This document shows, piece after piece, positions 41,552 through 52,015 of a stretch of DNA of 64,000 nt (its first letter is position 1; each line of letters begins with the position of its first letter). The position numbers and the translations under genes were made by a program. This DNA is from Candidatus Poribacteria bacterium. GTDB taxonomy: Bacteria > Poribacteria > WGA-4E > WGA-3G. The notes under the pieces are model-generated. The model saw only the letters and a program-made list of their open reading frames with translations. It was not told where the DNA came from and did no database searches. The DNA lies in contig CAXXUA010000006.1 of NCBI GenBank assembly GCA_963663765.2, positions 224,001 to 288,000 of the forward strand, read 5' to 3'.

Positions 41552-43630
41552 TTATCCTAACATCTCCACAAACGCATCAACATCCGTTGTCGGTTCTTGA
41601 CAAACATAATTTTCACAGACAAAAGCAGTTGCACTATTTTCAACCTGCGGTTTATTAACAAGGAGTGGTAATTGCGATTCTTCAGTCGGTTCACATAAAG
41701 CAACGACTTTGTTTGGCAAATACATTCCATGCATCGCAGCTAACATTGCCTTTGTTTTAGCATCCTCTTTATTGCCAATGATAGCAATTTCTTTCGGTGT
41801 AGATAGCAAAAACGCTAACTCACACAACAATTGACCAGAACCGGTAGGCATCACATCCATTTGGTGATAATAGAGTCTTAACGTCCTTACTGCTTTATCG
41901 TGCAATTCAGGTCTATCAAGATGTTTTGCAATTCGTAACAGACTATGAATTGCCATAGATGCGCCAGATGGTGTCGCACCATCGTAGGCAGATTTTGATT
42001 GGACAATAAGTGATTCGTGTGCTTTTCCAGTAAAGAAAAATCCTTCACCATCATCATCACCGAATTGTTCAATCATCCGATCTGTCAGACGTTCTGCTTC
42101 TGTAAGCCATTTTGAATCAAAACTTGCTTCGTATAACGCAATTAAACCAGCGATAAAATAAGAATAGTCCTCAAGATAAGCATTTAGATGACTTTTACCA
42201 GCACGGTAAGTACGGAACAACAAACCATTATCTTGAGTAAGTGTGGTTAAAACAAACTCCGCAGACTTTTCACATGCAGTCAGATACGCAGAATTACCAG
42301 TCAACTGATATCCCATTGCCATTCCACGTATCATGATCCCATTCCAACTAGTAAGGATTTTGTCATCAAGTCCCGGTTTGATCCGTTGTTTTCTTTCTGC
42401 AAATAATTTCTTTCTCCCATCAGAAAGGAGCGATTCCAATTCATCTTGATCCATTCCCAACTTACGTGCAAAGATGTCTGAGGGTGTTTGCACATGTAGA
42501 ATGTTTTCACCTTCAAAGTTACCATGTGGAGTGATGTCGTAATACTCGCAGAATATTTTTGCATTATCTTCTCCAATTATATCTTCAACTTCGGAGGGTT
42601 CCCAGACAAAAAATTTACCTTCCACTCCTTCACTATCTGCATCTTGTGTGGAATAGAATCCCCCATTTTCTGCATCATACATCTCCCGCAGCACATAGTC
42701 TAACGTCTCAGTGCCTATGTCACGATAGAAAGTATTTTGTGTCGCTTGGTATGCTTCAAAATAAGCTACAACAAGTTGTGCATTGTCATAAAGCATCTTT
42801 TCAAAGTGTGGAACTAACCATCGTTGATCTGTGGAATATCGATGAAATCCACCACCAAGTTGGTCATACAAACCACCACGCGCCATCTTCTCAAGCGTAA
42901 GCTCAACCATTTCTAAAGCATTCGCATTCCCACTATGTTGCCAATAACACAATAGGAACGGCAAACCCATACTCGGTGGAAATTTTGGCGCATTCCCAAA
43001 GCCACCATACTGAGAATCAAATTGGGATCGGTATTGTTGAAATGCTTTCGTCATGAGTTCGTCAGTGAGTTCACTTATACTGGGATCCACAAGGTTACTC
43101 ATCCGATTTAGCTGCTGTGTAAGCTGGTCAGCTTGTTCGAGCACTTGTGTGTGTTTTTCGTTAAATGCTTCTGCAACAGCATGCATCACTTTGGGAAATC
43201 CGGGTCTTCCATACCTGTCTTCCGGTGGATAATATGTACCCCCAAAAAATGGTTTCAACTCAGGAGTAAGGAAAACAGTCATTGGCCAACCACCTTGACG
43301 AGTCATTGCTTGCACAGCACTCATATAGATTTCATCTAAATCAGGACGTTCCTCTCTGTCTACCTTGATGTTGACGAATAATTCGTTCATTATAGCCGCA
43401 ATCTCCTCATTTTCAAAAGATTCGCGTTCCATCACATGGCACCAATGACAAGCAGAATATCCAATACTAAGCAGGATAGGTCTCTGTTCACGTTTCGCAA
43501 GTTCCAACGCTTCTTCACCCCAAGGATACCAGTCAACGGGGTTATGTGCATGTTGGATTAAATAAGGACTCGTTTCGTTGATAAGACGGTTGCTGTGTTT
43601 GGGAGTTTCATGCATGTGTGCATTCTCCAA
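41552..43630 (-). CDS. Thioredoxin-domain / six-hairpin glycosidase-like protein (YyaL/SSP411)
   Basis: [46 protein letters not shown]. Confidence 0.95.
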   Translation of the reverse strand: MENAHMHETPKHSNRLINETSPYLIQHAHNPVDWYPWGEEALELAKREQRPILLSIGYSACHWCHVMERESFENEEIAAIMNELFVNIKVDREERPDLDEIYMSAVQAMTRQGGWPMTVFLTPELKPFFGGTYYPPEDRYGRPGFPKVMHAVAEAFNEKHTQVLEQADQLTQQLNRMSNLVDPSISELTDELMTKAFQQYRSQFDSQYGGFGNAPKFPPSMGLPFLLCYWQHSGNANALEMVELTLEKMARGGLYDQLGGGFHRYSTDQRWLVPHFEKMLYDNAQLVVAYFEAYQATQNTFYRDIGTETLDYVLREMYDAENGGFYSTQDADSEGVEGKFFVWEPSEVEDIIGEDNAKIFCEYYDITPHGNFEGENILHVQTPSDIFARKLGMDQDELESLLSDGRKKLFAERKQRIKPGLDDKILTSWNGIMIRGMAMGYQLTGNSAYLTACEKSAEFVLTTLTQDNGLLFRTYRAGKSHLNAYLEDYSYFIAGLIALYEASFDSKWLTEAERLTDRMIEQFGDDDGEGFFFTGKAHESLIVQSKSAYDGATPSGASMAIHSLLRIAKHLDRPELHDKAVRTLRLYYHQMDVMPTGSGQLLCELAFLLSTPKEIAIIGNKEDAKTKAMLAAMHGMYLPNKVVALCEPTEESQLPLLVNKPQVENSATAFVCENYVCQEPTTDVDAFVEMLG

Positions 43631-43869
43631 AATATAAGAAAATTAAGGTGAATTATGAAAATAATTATACATAGTTATCACTTAACTGATTTAAAAGACA
43701 GACTATTTATTATCCATCTTGAATTCGGTAGGTGCGACCTCATGGTCGCGACCCAGGAAATGCCAAAAGGAATTCATACCGTTGATTTGAAGGTCGCTAC
43801 TACCTGTGCAAGTGTAAAATTAATTCCATAATCTACCATAGTTTAGTACAGATTTACACTATATCAAAA

Positions 43870-43895
43870 CAGACGGAACTTTTTCTACCGTCTGT
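43870..43895 (-). terminator. Intrinsic terminator after tRNA-Glu
   Basis: ACAGACGG...CCGTCTGT hairpin followed by a T run on the minus strand. Confidence 0.7.
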
Positions 43896-43904
43896 ATAAA
43901 AAAA

Positions 43905-43976
43905 TACCGCTACGGGGATTCGAACCCCGGTTTGATGGCTGAGAACCATCCGTCCTCACCCATAGACGATAGCGGC
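43905..43976 (-). tRNA. tRNA-Glu(CTC)
   Basis: GCCGCTA/TAGCGGT acceptor, GATGG-TTCTCAG-CCATC anticodon arm, GGTTCGAATCC. Confidence 0.95.
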
Positions 43977-44002
43977 ATAATAAGTAAGCTATGACTTGAT
44001 GC

Positions 44003-44437
44003 TCAAGATTCCTTTTCTGATGTTATTCTTCCAGCATGTGTAATCATCTCACTTAACACATCAAGGTTCACATCTTCCAATTTCCGAAAACTGATATTAC
44101 TTTTTCCCACTTTGACTTTACCAAGTTTGGAAGCATATATCTCTGCAAGATACTTCTTACCTTCAACAGCGTTCACATACACACTGAAGTAATTCTTCTG
44201 GCGAGCCAACCCAACAAGAAACCATTCGACTTTCTTTTTATCAGAACGCACGTAGGAAAAATTGCCGTAACCGATGATCTGTTGTTGACTACCTCCCCAG
44301 AAAACACCTTCCCATAAACAATATTCCTGATCTGGTAACGCCCTTCTAATGAGTTTGTGAATTTTTTCTAAAACTGACTGAGTTTCTGTTTCTTGATTTG
44401 CAATAAAATCTTCTGGTCGAGTATCAACACGTTCCAT
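44003..44437 (-). CDS. DUF1801/YdhG-like protein
   Basis: IIGYG, QKNYFSVY, LGKVKVGKSNISFRKLED; lies between two tRNAs. Confidence 0.8.
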   Translation of the reverse strand: MERVDTRPEDFIANQETETQSVLEKIHKLIRRALPDQEYCLWEGVFWGGSQQQIIGYGNFSYVRSDKKKVEWFLVGLARQKNYFSVYVNAVEGKKYLAEIYASKLGKVKVGKSNISFRKLEDVNLDVLSEMITHAGRITSEKES

Positions 44438-44488
44438 CTTGTATCCTTTCCGGTTGGTTCATTATATTCCTGTCATGTGTCAGAAAAA

Positions 44489-44559
44489 CTGCCCGGGAAG
44501 GATTCGAACCTTCACTACATGGTCCAGAGCCATGCGTCCTACCATTAGACGACCGGGCA
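44489..44559 (-). tRNA. tRNA-Gln(CTG)
   Basis: TGCCCGG/CCGGGCA acceptor, CATGG-CTCTGGA-CCATG anticodon arm, GGTTCGAATCC. Confidence 0.95.
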
Positions 44560-44689
44560 TCGCTTCAAAAATATGTATGGTTTATGCCAATAATTTGCGA
44601 AAAATTATTGATAACCGATATATGACATATCAATATTTTATTATACCATATTTTGATTTGCAATAAAAATTAAAATAGGTGGGCGATAC

Positions 44690-44820
44690 CAGCGGCATTC
44701 AATTGTCACTTGAGTTTCTTGTGGGAGGGGTTTGTAACCCCGATTACTTGAATAGAATCGGCTCCTGAGTCGCGTAAATCACCAAGATATTTTGAAAAAT
44801 TCGACAATTGAATACCTCTG
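44690..44820. mobile_element. 131-bp MITE (CAGCGGCATTCAATTGTC...GACAATTGAATACCTCTG)
   Basis: 18-bp imperfect TIRs around a GTGGGAGGGGTTTGTAACCCCG REP. Confidence 0.75.
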
Positions 44821-45003
44821 TATGCGATTCGACTTCAAGCAGGTATCTTATCCACGTCCTCCGCGTCCCCCGCGATTCCGCACACACCCTACACTCCGCA
44901 TAATCCTTGAAATACCATACGGAGAATGCCGAAAGGCATGCATACCGTTGATTTCTTGTATTGGCGATTCTGTCTGCGAAAAACTTTATACATCCCCAAA
45001 GAA

Positions 45004-45123
45004 CAGGGTTATTCAGTTTTCTTAATTTTTGGACTTTTCCAAAAAGAACCCCGCGGTAGGAGCGACCTCCCGGTCGCGATTTTCTCAGAAAACGACTAAA
45101 ATGCTTAAAAGTAAATAACCCTG
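45004..45123. mobile_element. 120-bp MITE with CAGGGTTATTCAGTTTT ends
   Basis: Same end family as 406-712 but a different interior (GGTAGGAGCGACCTCCCGGTCGCG); imperfect 9-bp flank duplication CCCAAAGAA/TCCATAGAA. Confidence 0.75.
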
Positions 45124-45196
45124 TCCATAGAAAATCACACTTGCATATTATGCCTTACTATGATAATATATCAGAAAAGTTACAAAGGAGAAATAT

Positions 45197-46066
45197 ATGT
45201 TTAAAGTAGGTGTAATTGGTGACGAAGTATCACAAGACTTTGCAACCGTAGTCAATTTTGTAAAAGAATTCAACCTTGATTCCATAGAAATACGGTCGGT
45301 ATGGGACAAACTCCCACATCAACTCACAGATTCCGACATTGACGAAATGAAACGTATGTTAGATGGGACGGATATACAGATCATTGGGGTTGCATCTCCA
45401 TTTTTCAAATGCGATATGGACAACGTTGAGGAACGTAAAGAACATCTTGACATTTTGAAAGGATGCATCCGCACAGCAAAAGCATTTAATACCAATCTTA
45501 TTCGCACATTTGTCTTTTGGGACACTGGCAAAACAGTGGTTCGTTGGGACGAAATCATCTCTGCTTATGATGAACCACGCAAAATAATAGATGGTGAAGG
45601 TATTATACTGGGAATGGAAAACGAATCTACAACTTCGCTAAGTACTGCCAAACTCACAGCAAAGTTTATTGAAGAAATTGATTCTCCTAACATACGTGGA
45701 ATTTGGGACCCAGCAAATGAAGCACACGCAAAAGACGGTGTTACACCATTTCCCGACGCATACCAGCAGATGAAACCGACCATGATCCATGCACACCTAA
45801 AGGACGCTGCACCAAATCCTGATACCGGTGAAATGGAATCCGTACCTGTCGGCGACGGTGTCATTGACTGGCAAGGGCAGCTTCAAGCATTTGTTGACGA
45901 TGGATATGAAGGACATCTCTGCCTTGAAACGCATTGGCGACCCACTCTCAAAATTGACGATGATCTCATTAACAGACCCGGTGGAAAAGCCTTCTCCGAA
46001 GCAGGTGAAGAAGCATCGCGTATTTGCATTGAAAAACTACAAGGAATGATTGGAAAATTACAGTAG
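45197..46066 (+). CDS. Sugar phosphate isomerase/epimerase (xylose isomerase-like TIM barrel)
   Basis: ENE, WDPAN, HAHLKD, LETH metal-binding pattern. Confidence 0.88.
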   Translation: MFKVGVIGDEVSQDFATVVNFVKEFNLDSIEIRSVWDKLPHQLTDSDIDEMKRMLDGTDIQIIGVASPFFKCDMDNVEERKEHLDILKGCIRTAKAFNTNLIRTFVFWDTGKTVVRWDEIISAYDEPRKIIDGEGIILGMENESTTSLSTAKLTAKFIEEIDSPNIRGIWDPANEAHAKDGVTPFPDAYQQMKPTMIHAHLKDAAPNPDTGEMESVPVGDGVIDWQGQLQAFVDDGYEGHLCLETHWRPTLKIDDDLINRPGGKAFSEAGEEASRICIEKLQGMIGKLQ

Positions 46067-46108
46067 TTGTTTCAACTTTTCTTCTGATCACTAATTTAGG
46101 AGTTTGTT

Positions 46109-46885
46109 ATGTCAACCCAAAAAACAGATAAACGTTTTCAATACGTCCCAACAGATGATGCAGGTATCTACTATCCGGAAACGGATGATAGACCCTTTGC
46201 TGAATCCGACCTACACCTTATCCATATAATCGACACATACCACAGACTAAATGCTTATTATGAAGAAAGAGAGGACGTTTATGTTTCTGGGAACTTACTC
46301 ATCTATGATGTTCCCGGCAAAACACAACGTTCTATTTCTCCTGATGTCATGGTTGTCTTTGGTATTGAGAAAAAAATGAGACGCACTTACAAAACTTGGG
46401 AAGAAGGAAAAGCTCCTGACCTCGTCATGGAGTTTTCAAGTAAAACCACATATAGATCCGATCTCAATAAGAAAATGAAAAGATATGCACAATTAGATGT
46501 AAAAGAGTACTTTCTATACGACCCTGAACGCAGCTACTTAGACGATCCATTGGTTGGACTAAGACTCAATGATGATGCACAATTTGTAACAATACAACCA
46601 CAACTAAATGGTGGAATCCCATCAACTGTTTTAGGGTTAGAGTTTTATATTAAAGAAGATGATTTAGGAATTTACAATCCTACTTCAGATGAATGGCTAC
46701 CAACACCATCTGAAAAAGCAGAGAAAGAAGCTGAAGCAAGACGTCAAGAAGCACAAGCAAGAAAGCAAGCAGAACAAGCAAGACGTCAAGAAGCACAAGT
46801 AAGAAAGCAAGCAGAACAGGAAAACACACGACTTCAATCAGAAATTGAACGACTAAAAGGCTTATTAAACACAAATGAAAAATAA
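46109..46885 (+). CDS. Uma2-family (DUF820) endonuclease
   Basis: YPETD...AESDLH, SPDVMVVFG, PDLVMEFSS, EYFLYDP, coiled-coil tail. Confidence 0.9.
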   Translation: MSTQKTDKRFQYVPTDDAGIYYPETDDRPFAESDLHLIHIIDTYHRLNAYYEEREDVYVSGNLLIYDVPGKTQRSISPDVMVVFGIEKKMRRTYKTWEEGKAPDLVMEFSSKTTYRSDLNKKMKRYAQLDVKEYFLYDPERSYLDDPLVGLRLNDDAQFVTIQPQLNGGIPSTVLGLEFYIKEDDLGIYNPTSDEWLPTPSEKAEKEAEARRQEAQARKQAEQARRQEAQVRKQAEQENTRLQSEIERLKGLLNTNEK

Positions 46886-46959
46886 GATTGTAGTAAAAGA
46901 TACAGATGCTGTCTTATGTCACGCATTAACTATACGAATGACAAAGGTAATATAACCAT

Positions 46960-47081
46960 CAGGACTTACGCACCCAATAATAGGCGTGCTTTGTAAGCGC
47001 GCTGGAAACATAAATAATGCTGAAAATTACAGCATTATTATCACAATTCTTGATTAAATCATGTCAAATGTTTAAGTCCTG
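46960..47081. mobile_element. 122-bp MITE with CAGGACTTA ends and 5-bp target duplication
   Basis: CAGGACTTACGCA ... TGTTTAAGTCCTG; ACCAT at 46955-46959 and 47082-47086. Confidence 0.85.
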
Positions 47082-47121
47082 ACCATAAAATAAACACCAT
47101 ATTAGGAGTAGAAAATGTCAA

Positions 47122-47265
47122 CCTAATGAACTTTGACGTTCAAGTTGGGTATTCGTAGGGGCGTGGTCTCCACGCCCGATCTACACAAACTCACAAACCA
47201 AACGGGTTGGGGAACCCAACCCCTACGAATTCAACTACCGATTTTGATTGTCAAAGTTCATTAGG
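47122..47265. mobile_element. MITE with CCTAATGAACTTTGAC ends enclosing a REP doublet
   Basis: Perfect 16-bp TIRs 47122-47137 and 47250-47265; interior ATTCGTAGGGG...CCCCTACGAAT. Confidence 0.82.
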
Positions 47266-47401
47266 TGTCAACTTAAGAAAATATTGTTTGCATTTTCTCT
47301 TGTAGGAGGGGTTTTCAACCCCGATTTGAGCGGAAATGCACTAAAAAATCGGGGTTGAAAACCCCTCCCACAAGAGGTTAAAATCCTTAAGTTGACACCT
47401 A
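47262..47401. mobile_element. MITE with TAGGTGTCAACTTAAG ends enclosing a REP doublet
   Basis: Perfect 16-bp TIRs 47262-47277 and 47386-47401; interior GTAGGAGGGGTTTTCAACCCCG and its inverted copy. Confidence 0.82.
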
Positions 47402-47413
47402 TAGGAGTAGAAA

Positions 47414-48169
47414 ATGTCAAACCAAAAGACAAATAAACGATTTCAATACGTCCCAACAGATGATGCAGGTATCTACTATCCGGAAACGGATGGTAGACCC
47501 TTCGCAGAATCCGACCTACACCGTATCCATATAATCGACACATATCACAGGTTAAATGCTTATTATGAAGATAGAGATGATGTCTACGTTTCTGGGAACT
47601 TACTCATCTATGATGTTCCCGGTAAAACACAACGCTCTATTTCTCCTGATGTCATGGTTGTCTTTGGTATTGAGAAAAAAATGAGACGCACTTACAAAAC
47701 TTGGGAAGAAGGAAAAGCACCTGACCTCGTCATGGAATTTTCAAGTAAAACCACATATAGATCCGATCTCAATAAGAAAATGAAAAGATATGCACTTTTA
47801 GGTGTAAAAGAGTATTTTCTATACGACCCTGAACGCAGCTACTTAGACGATCCATTGGTCGGTCTAAGACTAAATGATGATGGACAATATGTAACAATAC
47901 CACCACAACCAAATGGTGGAATCCCATCAACTGTTTTAGGGTTAGAGTTTTATATTCAAGAAGATGATTTAGGAATTTACAATCCTACTTCGGATGAATG
48001 GCTACCAACACCTGTTGAAAAAGCAGAGAAAGAAGCTGAAGCAAGACAACAAGAAACACAAGCAAGACAACAAGAAGCACAAGCAAGACAACGTGCAGAA
48101 AACGAAGTCACACGACTTCAAGCCGAAATAGAACGACTGAAAGGTCAAGTTAACAGACATGAAGATTAG
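47414..48169 (+). CDS. Uma2-family endonuclease (tandem paralog)
   Basis: Nearly identical to 46109-46885 with a shorter C-terminal repeat tract. Confidence 0.9.
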   Translation: MSNQKTNKRFQYVPTDDAGIYYPETDGRPFAESDLHRIHIIDTYHRLNAYYEDRDDVYVSGNLLIYDVPGKTQRSISPDVMVVFGIEKKMRRTYKTWEEGKAPDLVMEFSSKTTYRSDLNKKMKRYALLGVKEYFLYDPERSYLDDPLVGLRLNDDGQYVTIPPQPNGGIPSTVLGLEFYIQEDDLGIYNPTSDEWLPTPVEKAEKEAEARQQETQARQQEAQARQRAENEVTRLQAEIERLKGQVNRHED

Positions 48170-49244
48170 ATCGGTTCGTACTTCCTTATACGATATTCCA
48201 CCGCAAGTCCAACGTACTGATGCTATACAAGCATTTGTCTCAATGGAATTTCCTTTCATTGAAATAGAAGATACAAATGGCATCGTTGGCACTGGATTTT
48301 CATATACAATTGGTAAAGGTGGAAAAGCAATCAAACAAATTATAGATGCATACCTAACACCTATTCTGCTTGAAGAGGACGCATCTAACATTGATCGTAT
48401 CTGGAACCGTATGTGGATGGAAACGCACTGGGTTGGTAGAGGTGGCATAGTCGGATTAGGGATGGCAGCTGTAGATATTGCCCTATGGGATTTAATGGCA
48501 AAACGCGCTGAACTCCCACTATATCAACTCCTCGGTGGTGCACGAGATTCTGTGCCTGTTTACAACACTGATGGCGGATGGTTACATCTTACGCAGGACG
48601 AACTCGTTAGACAATCAGCAGGTTATGTGGAACAAGGATTCAAGGGTGTAAAAATAAAAGTTGGTCTTGACAATTTACATGAGGATGTTGCACGTATATT
48701 CGCAGTACGAGAAGCTATCGGACAAGAACCCTACCTGATGATTGATGCAAACATGAAGTGGAATGCACGTGAAGCAATCCAACTCGCTTGCCGTATTGAA
48801 GAAGCAGACATTTTTTGGTTCGAAGAACCGATAGAAGCAGATGATGTTGATAGCCATATAGACTTGCGTGAAAAAACAACTATCCCCATCGCTATCGGAG
48901 AAACAATCTACAATAAATATGTCTTTCAGGAATATATCGCACAAGGGGCAGCCGATATACTACAACCAGATGCTGTCCGCGTCGGTGGAATTACCGAATG
49001 GATGAAAGTCGCGCATACCGCTGAATGTTTCGGTCTTTCAGTTTCTCCCCACTTTCTCATGGATTTACACGTACATCTATCTGCGGCTGTACCACATTCA
49101 CTTTTTGTAGAATATATTCCATCACTTGACCCAGTACTAAGTGATACACTAACACTCAAAGATGGACACTTTTCTCCCCCAAATCGACCCGGACACGGCA
49201 TTCTGTTTGATAAACAGAAACTAAAACAATATCAAATCTCATAG
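48159..49244 (+). CDS. Mandelate racemase/muconate lactonizing enzyme family protein
   Basis: DIALWDL, KIK, DAN, EEP, GE, QPD, PH. Confidence 0.92.
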   Translation: MKIRSVRTSLYDIPPQVQRTDAIQAFVSMEFPFIEIEDTNGIVGTGFSYTIGKGGKAIKQIIDAYLTPILLEEDASNIDRIWNRMWMETHWVGRGGIVGLGMAAVDIALWDLMAKRAELPLYQLLGGARDSVPVYNTDGGWLHLTQDELVRQSAGYVEQGFKGVKIKVGLDNLHEDVARIFAVREAIGQEPYLMIDANMKWNAREAIQLACRIEEADIFWFEEPIEADDVDSHIDLREKTTIPIAIGETIYNKYVFQEYIAQGAADILQPDAVRVGGITEWMKVAHTAECFGLSVSPHFLMDLHVHLSAAVPHSLFVEYIPSLDPVLSDTLTLKDGHFSPPNRPGHGILFDKQKLKQYQIS

Positions 49245-49269
49245 ACAATTACTATGCGAGGAAATCTAA

Positions 49270-49980
49270 TTGAAACTTAAAAATCGTGTCGCAATCATCA
49301 CAGGAGGCGGACGCGGCATCGGACGCGCAACCGCATTAGCATTTGCAAGAGAAGGTGCAGATATCATTCTCGCAGCTCGGACTTCATCAGAGATAACCGA
49401 TGTCGCAAATGTAGTTACAACACTCGGTAGACGTGCTCATGCAATCACAACTGATGTCCAAAACAAATCCGAAGTTAACGACATGGTTACACATACTCTT
49501 GACACTTTCGGTAGAGTGGATATTCTTGTCAACAATGCCGGCGTTGCAATCCATAACCCCATTCCTAACATACGTGAGGAAGATTGGGACATCACAATGG
49601 CAGTCAACCTAAAAGGTGTTTTTCTTTGCACTCAAGCTGTCTTTAGCAACATGTGTGACCAAAAACGCGGGCATATTGTCAACGTTTCATCGGTCTCCGG
49701 TAAATTTGGTCATACCAATGGAGGTGCATATTGTGCATCAAAATTCGCTGTTATCGGTTTTACCGAGACGACCAATAATGAAGGTAAACCACACGGTGTA
49801 AAAGCATCAGTCGTATGTCCCGGTCCAGTTGACACCAAGATGCGACGAGATAACCACCCAAACGATGTCATCGAAAACCTCACACAACCAGAAGATGTCG
49901 CTGACCTGATACTATTCCTTGTTTCACAATCTCCCCGCGCACATACTCTTGAGACTGTTATCCGAACACAATTAATGTAA
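49270..49980 (+). CDS. Short-chain dehydrogenase/reductase
   Basis: TGGGRGIG, NNAG, YCASK. Confidence 0.93.
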   Translation: MKLKNRVAIITGGGRGIGRATALAFAREGADIILAARTSSEITDVANVVTTLGRRAHAITTDVQNKSEVNDMVTHTLDTFGRVDILVNNAGVAIHNPIPNIREEDWDITMAVNLKGVFLCTQAVFSNMCDQKRGHIVNVSSVSGKFGHTNGGAYCASKFAVIGFTETTNNEGKPHGVKASVVCPGPVDTKMRRDNHPNDVIENLTQPEDVADLILFLVSQSPRAHTLETVIRTQLM

Positions 49981-49999
49981 ATTACATACCAGAGATAAA

Positions 50000-50776
50000 A
50001 TGTACATTGATTCACACGCACACATTCAGCTTAATCAATTTCAACATGATCAACAAGAAGTACTCAAACGTGCAATCCAAGCCGAAGTCAACACAATCCT
50101 TGTAATAGGATTTGACTTAGAAACCAGTAGGAGTGCGATTGAACTCGCCGAAAAACATGATAATCTCTATGCCACAGTTGGAATGCACCCACACGACGCA
50201 AAAAGACTAACACCAGACACTCTCACGACCTTCCGTGAACTCATAAAACATGAAAAAGTAATTGCATACGGGGAAATAGGGTTGGACTATTACCGAAATC
50301 TATCACCAACAGATATACAAAAAGACGCGTTCGAGAAGCAATTAGACATTGCTGAAGAAAACAACTTGCCAATTATCATACATAACCGAGATGCTTATAT
50401 GGATATACTCCCAATCTTAGAAGCACGATGCGGTAAAGTCAAAGGCGTCCTACACTGTTTTACTGGCGATGTTGAATTAATGCACAGAACGCTACAAATC
50501 GGATTTCACATAGGTATTGGGGGTATTGTAACATACCCAAATGCAAAAGACATACAAACTGTCGCAAAGGCAGTTCCTCAAGATAAACTACTGATTGAAA
50601 CCGATTGTCCATGGCTAACTCCTCAATTCCGACGTGGTAAACGCAACGAACCGGCTTACGTGGTAGCAGTTGCAAAAAAAATCGCTGAGCTTCGTCATAC
50701 CTCAACTGAGGCAATCGGTGAAATCACTACAAAGAATTTCAACACACTCTTTGGTATCTCAAAAAAGAAACCATAA
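50000..50776 (+). CDS. tatD: TatD-family deoxyribonuclease
   Basis: DSHAH, GMHPH, GEIGLDYY, LHCF, ETDCP, NEP. Confidence 0.93.
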   Translation: MYIDSHAHIQLNQFQHDQQEVLKRAIQAEVNTILVIGFDLETSRSAIELAEKHDNLYATVGMHPHDAKRLTPDTLTTFRELIKHEKVIAYGEIGLDYYRNLSPTDIQKDAFEKQLDIAEENNLPIIIHNRDAYMDILPILEARCGKVKGVLHCFTGDVELMHRTLQIGFHIGIGGIVTYPNAKDIQTVAKAVPQDKLLIETDCPWLTPQFRRGKRNEPAYVVAVAKKIAELRHTSTEAIGEITTKNFNTLFGISKKKP

Positions 50777-50785
50777 TTATTATCT

Positions 50786-51898
50786 ATGAAGCATCTGAAT
50801 CTTCGTATGTATGCGATGGTCATTGCACTCGTCTGTATCTGGATCATTTTTGCATTCCTCACTGGTGGAACTTTCCTTAGCAACCGTAATCTATCCAATC
50901 TATCACGACAAGGAACTGTGACTGCAATACTCGCATTAGGTATGGTGTTAGTCATCATTTCCGCAAATATAGATTTATCTGTCGGTTTCGGTGCAGGACT
51001 ACTCGGAGCTATCACAGCAATTATCCATGTACAGTGGAAGATACCAATCATCGTAACGCTAATGGCAGTTATCGGTATAGGATGCATTATAGGTGTTGTC
51101 CAAGGCTACCTTGTCGCTTATCAACGAATACCAGCATTTATTGTCACACTCGGTGGATTCCTGGTTTTCAGGGGTTTGATGTTGGCATTTACAAAAGGTG
51201 AGACCATCCTTTTACACGACAACTGGCTAAGAGACATTGGAGACGCATATCTTCCACATAGTATCGGATGGGGACTCATGGGTGTCGGTCTCGCTCTTAG
51301 TGGTTTTGTGTTTTTCCGACAAATAAATACAGCAAATTTACAAGAAAACAATAAATCACTCATACCAATTATAATAAAAACTCTGGTTACATGGGGATGT
51401 ATTATAGCGTTTGTAGTTTCCATGAATTCCTATAGAGGCATACCAATTCCCGCATGTATCCTTTTAGGTTTAACCTTTATCTTCCACTTCATTGCGAATC
51501 ACACTCGTTTCGGTAGATATGTCTATGCTGTCGGCGGTAACGCAGAAGCAGCATACTTATCTGGTGTCAATGTCCGAAGTATTACGCTACTTGTGTTTGC
51601 TCTAATGGGCGCATTGATGGCAATCGCAGGTATTGTCATGACTACCCGTCTCGGCAGTGCTGGACCAGGTGCTGGTAGGTTACTGGAATTAGACGCAATT
51701 GCCGCATGTGTCATCGGCGGCGCAAGTCTTATGGGAGGACGCGGCACCATCTTCGGCGCAATCTTAGGCGCATTCGTTATGGCAAGTCTCAGCAACGGAA
51801 TGAGCATGGCAAATATGGACATCGCATGGCAGGACGTCATCAAAGGTATAGTCCTTGTCACCGCTGTCGGATTTGACATGGCTTCACGAAAATCATAA
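50786..51898 (+). CDS. Sugar ABC transporter permease (XylH/GguB-like)
   Basis: IDLSVG, IPAFIVTLG, TRFGRYVYAVGGN, ELDAIAACVIGG. Confidence 0.9.
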   Translation: MKHLNLRMYAMVIALVCIWIIFAFLTGGTFLSNRNLSNLSRQGTVTAILALGMVLVIISANIDLSVGFGAGLLGAITAIIHVQWKIPIIVTLMAVIGIGCIIGVVQGYLVAYQRIPAFIVTLGGFLVFRGLMLAFTKGETILLHDNWLRDIGDAYLPHSIGWGLMGVGLALSGFVFFRQINTANLQENNKSLIPIIIKTLVTWGCIIAFVVSMNSYRGIPIPACILLGLTFIFHFIANHTRFGRYVYAVGGNAEAAYLSGVNVRSITLLVFALMGALMAIAGIVMTTRLGSAGPGAGRLLELDAIAACVIGGASLMGGRGTIFGAILGAFVMASLSNGMSMANMDIAWQDVIKGIVLVTAVGFDMASRKS

Positions 51899-52015
51899 CT
51901 GACTTTTCAAAACCTTCACTTTTTCTACAAAAATCAAACTTTTCTTATATTTTTTTAAACCGTTCTTAAGAATTTCCTACTCATTATAACCGAAATCTAA
52001 TTAGGAATTCTGTAT

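Noticed and set aside
43905-44559. Integrative island at the tRNA genes
   Set aside because: No duplicated tRNA 3' end or adjacent integrase was found
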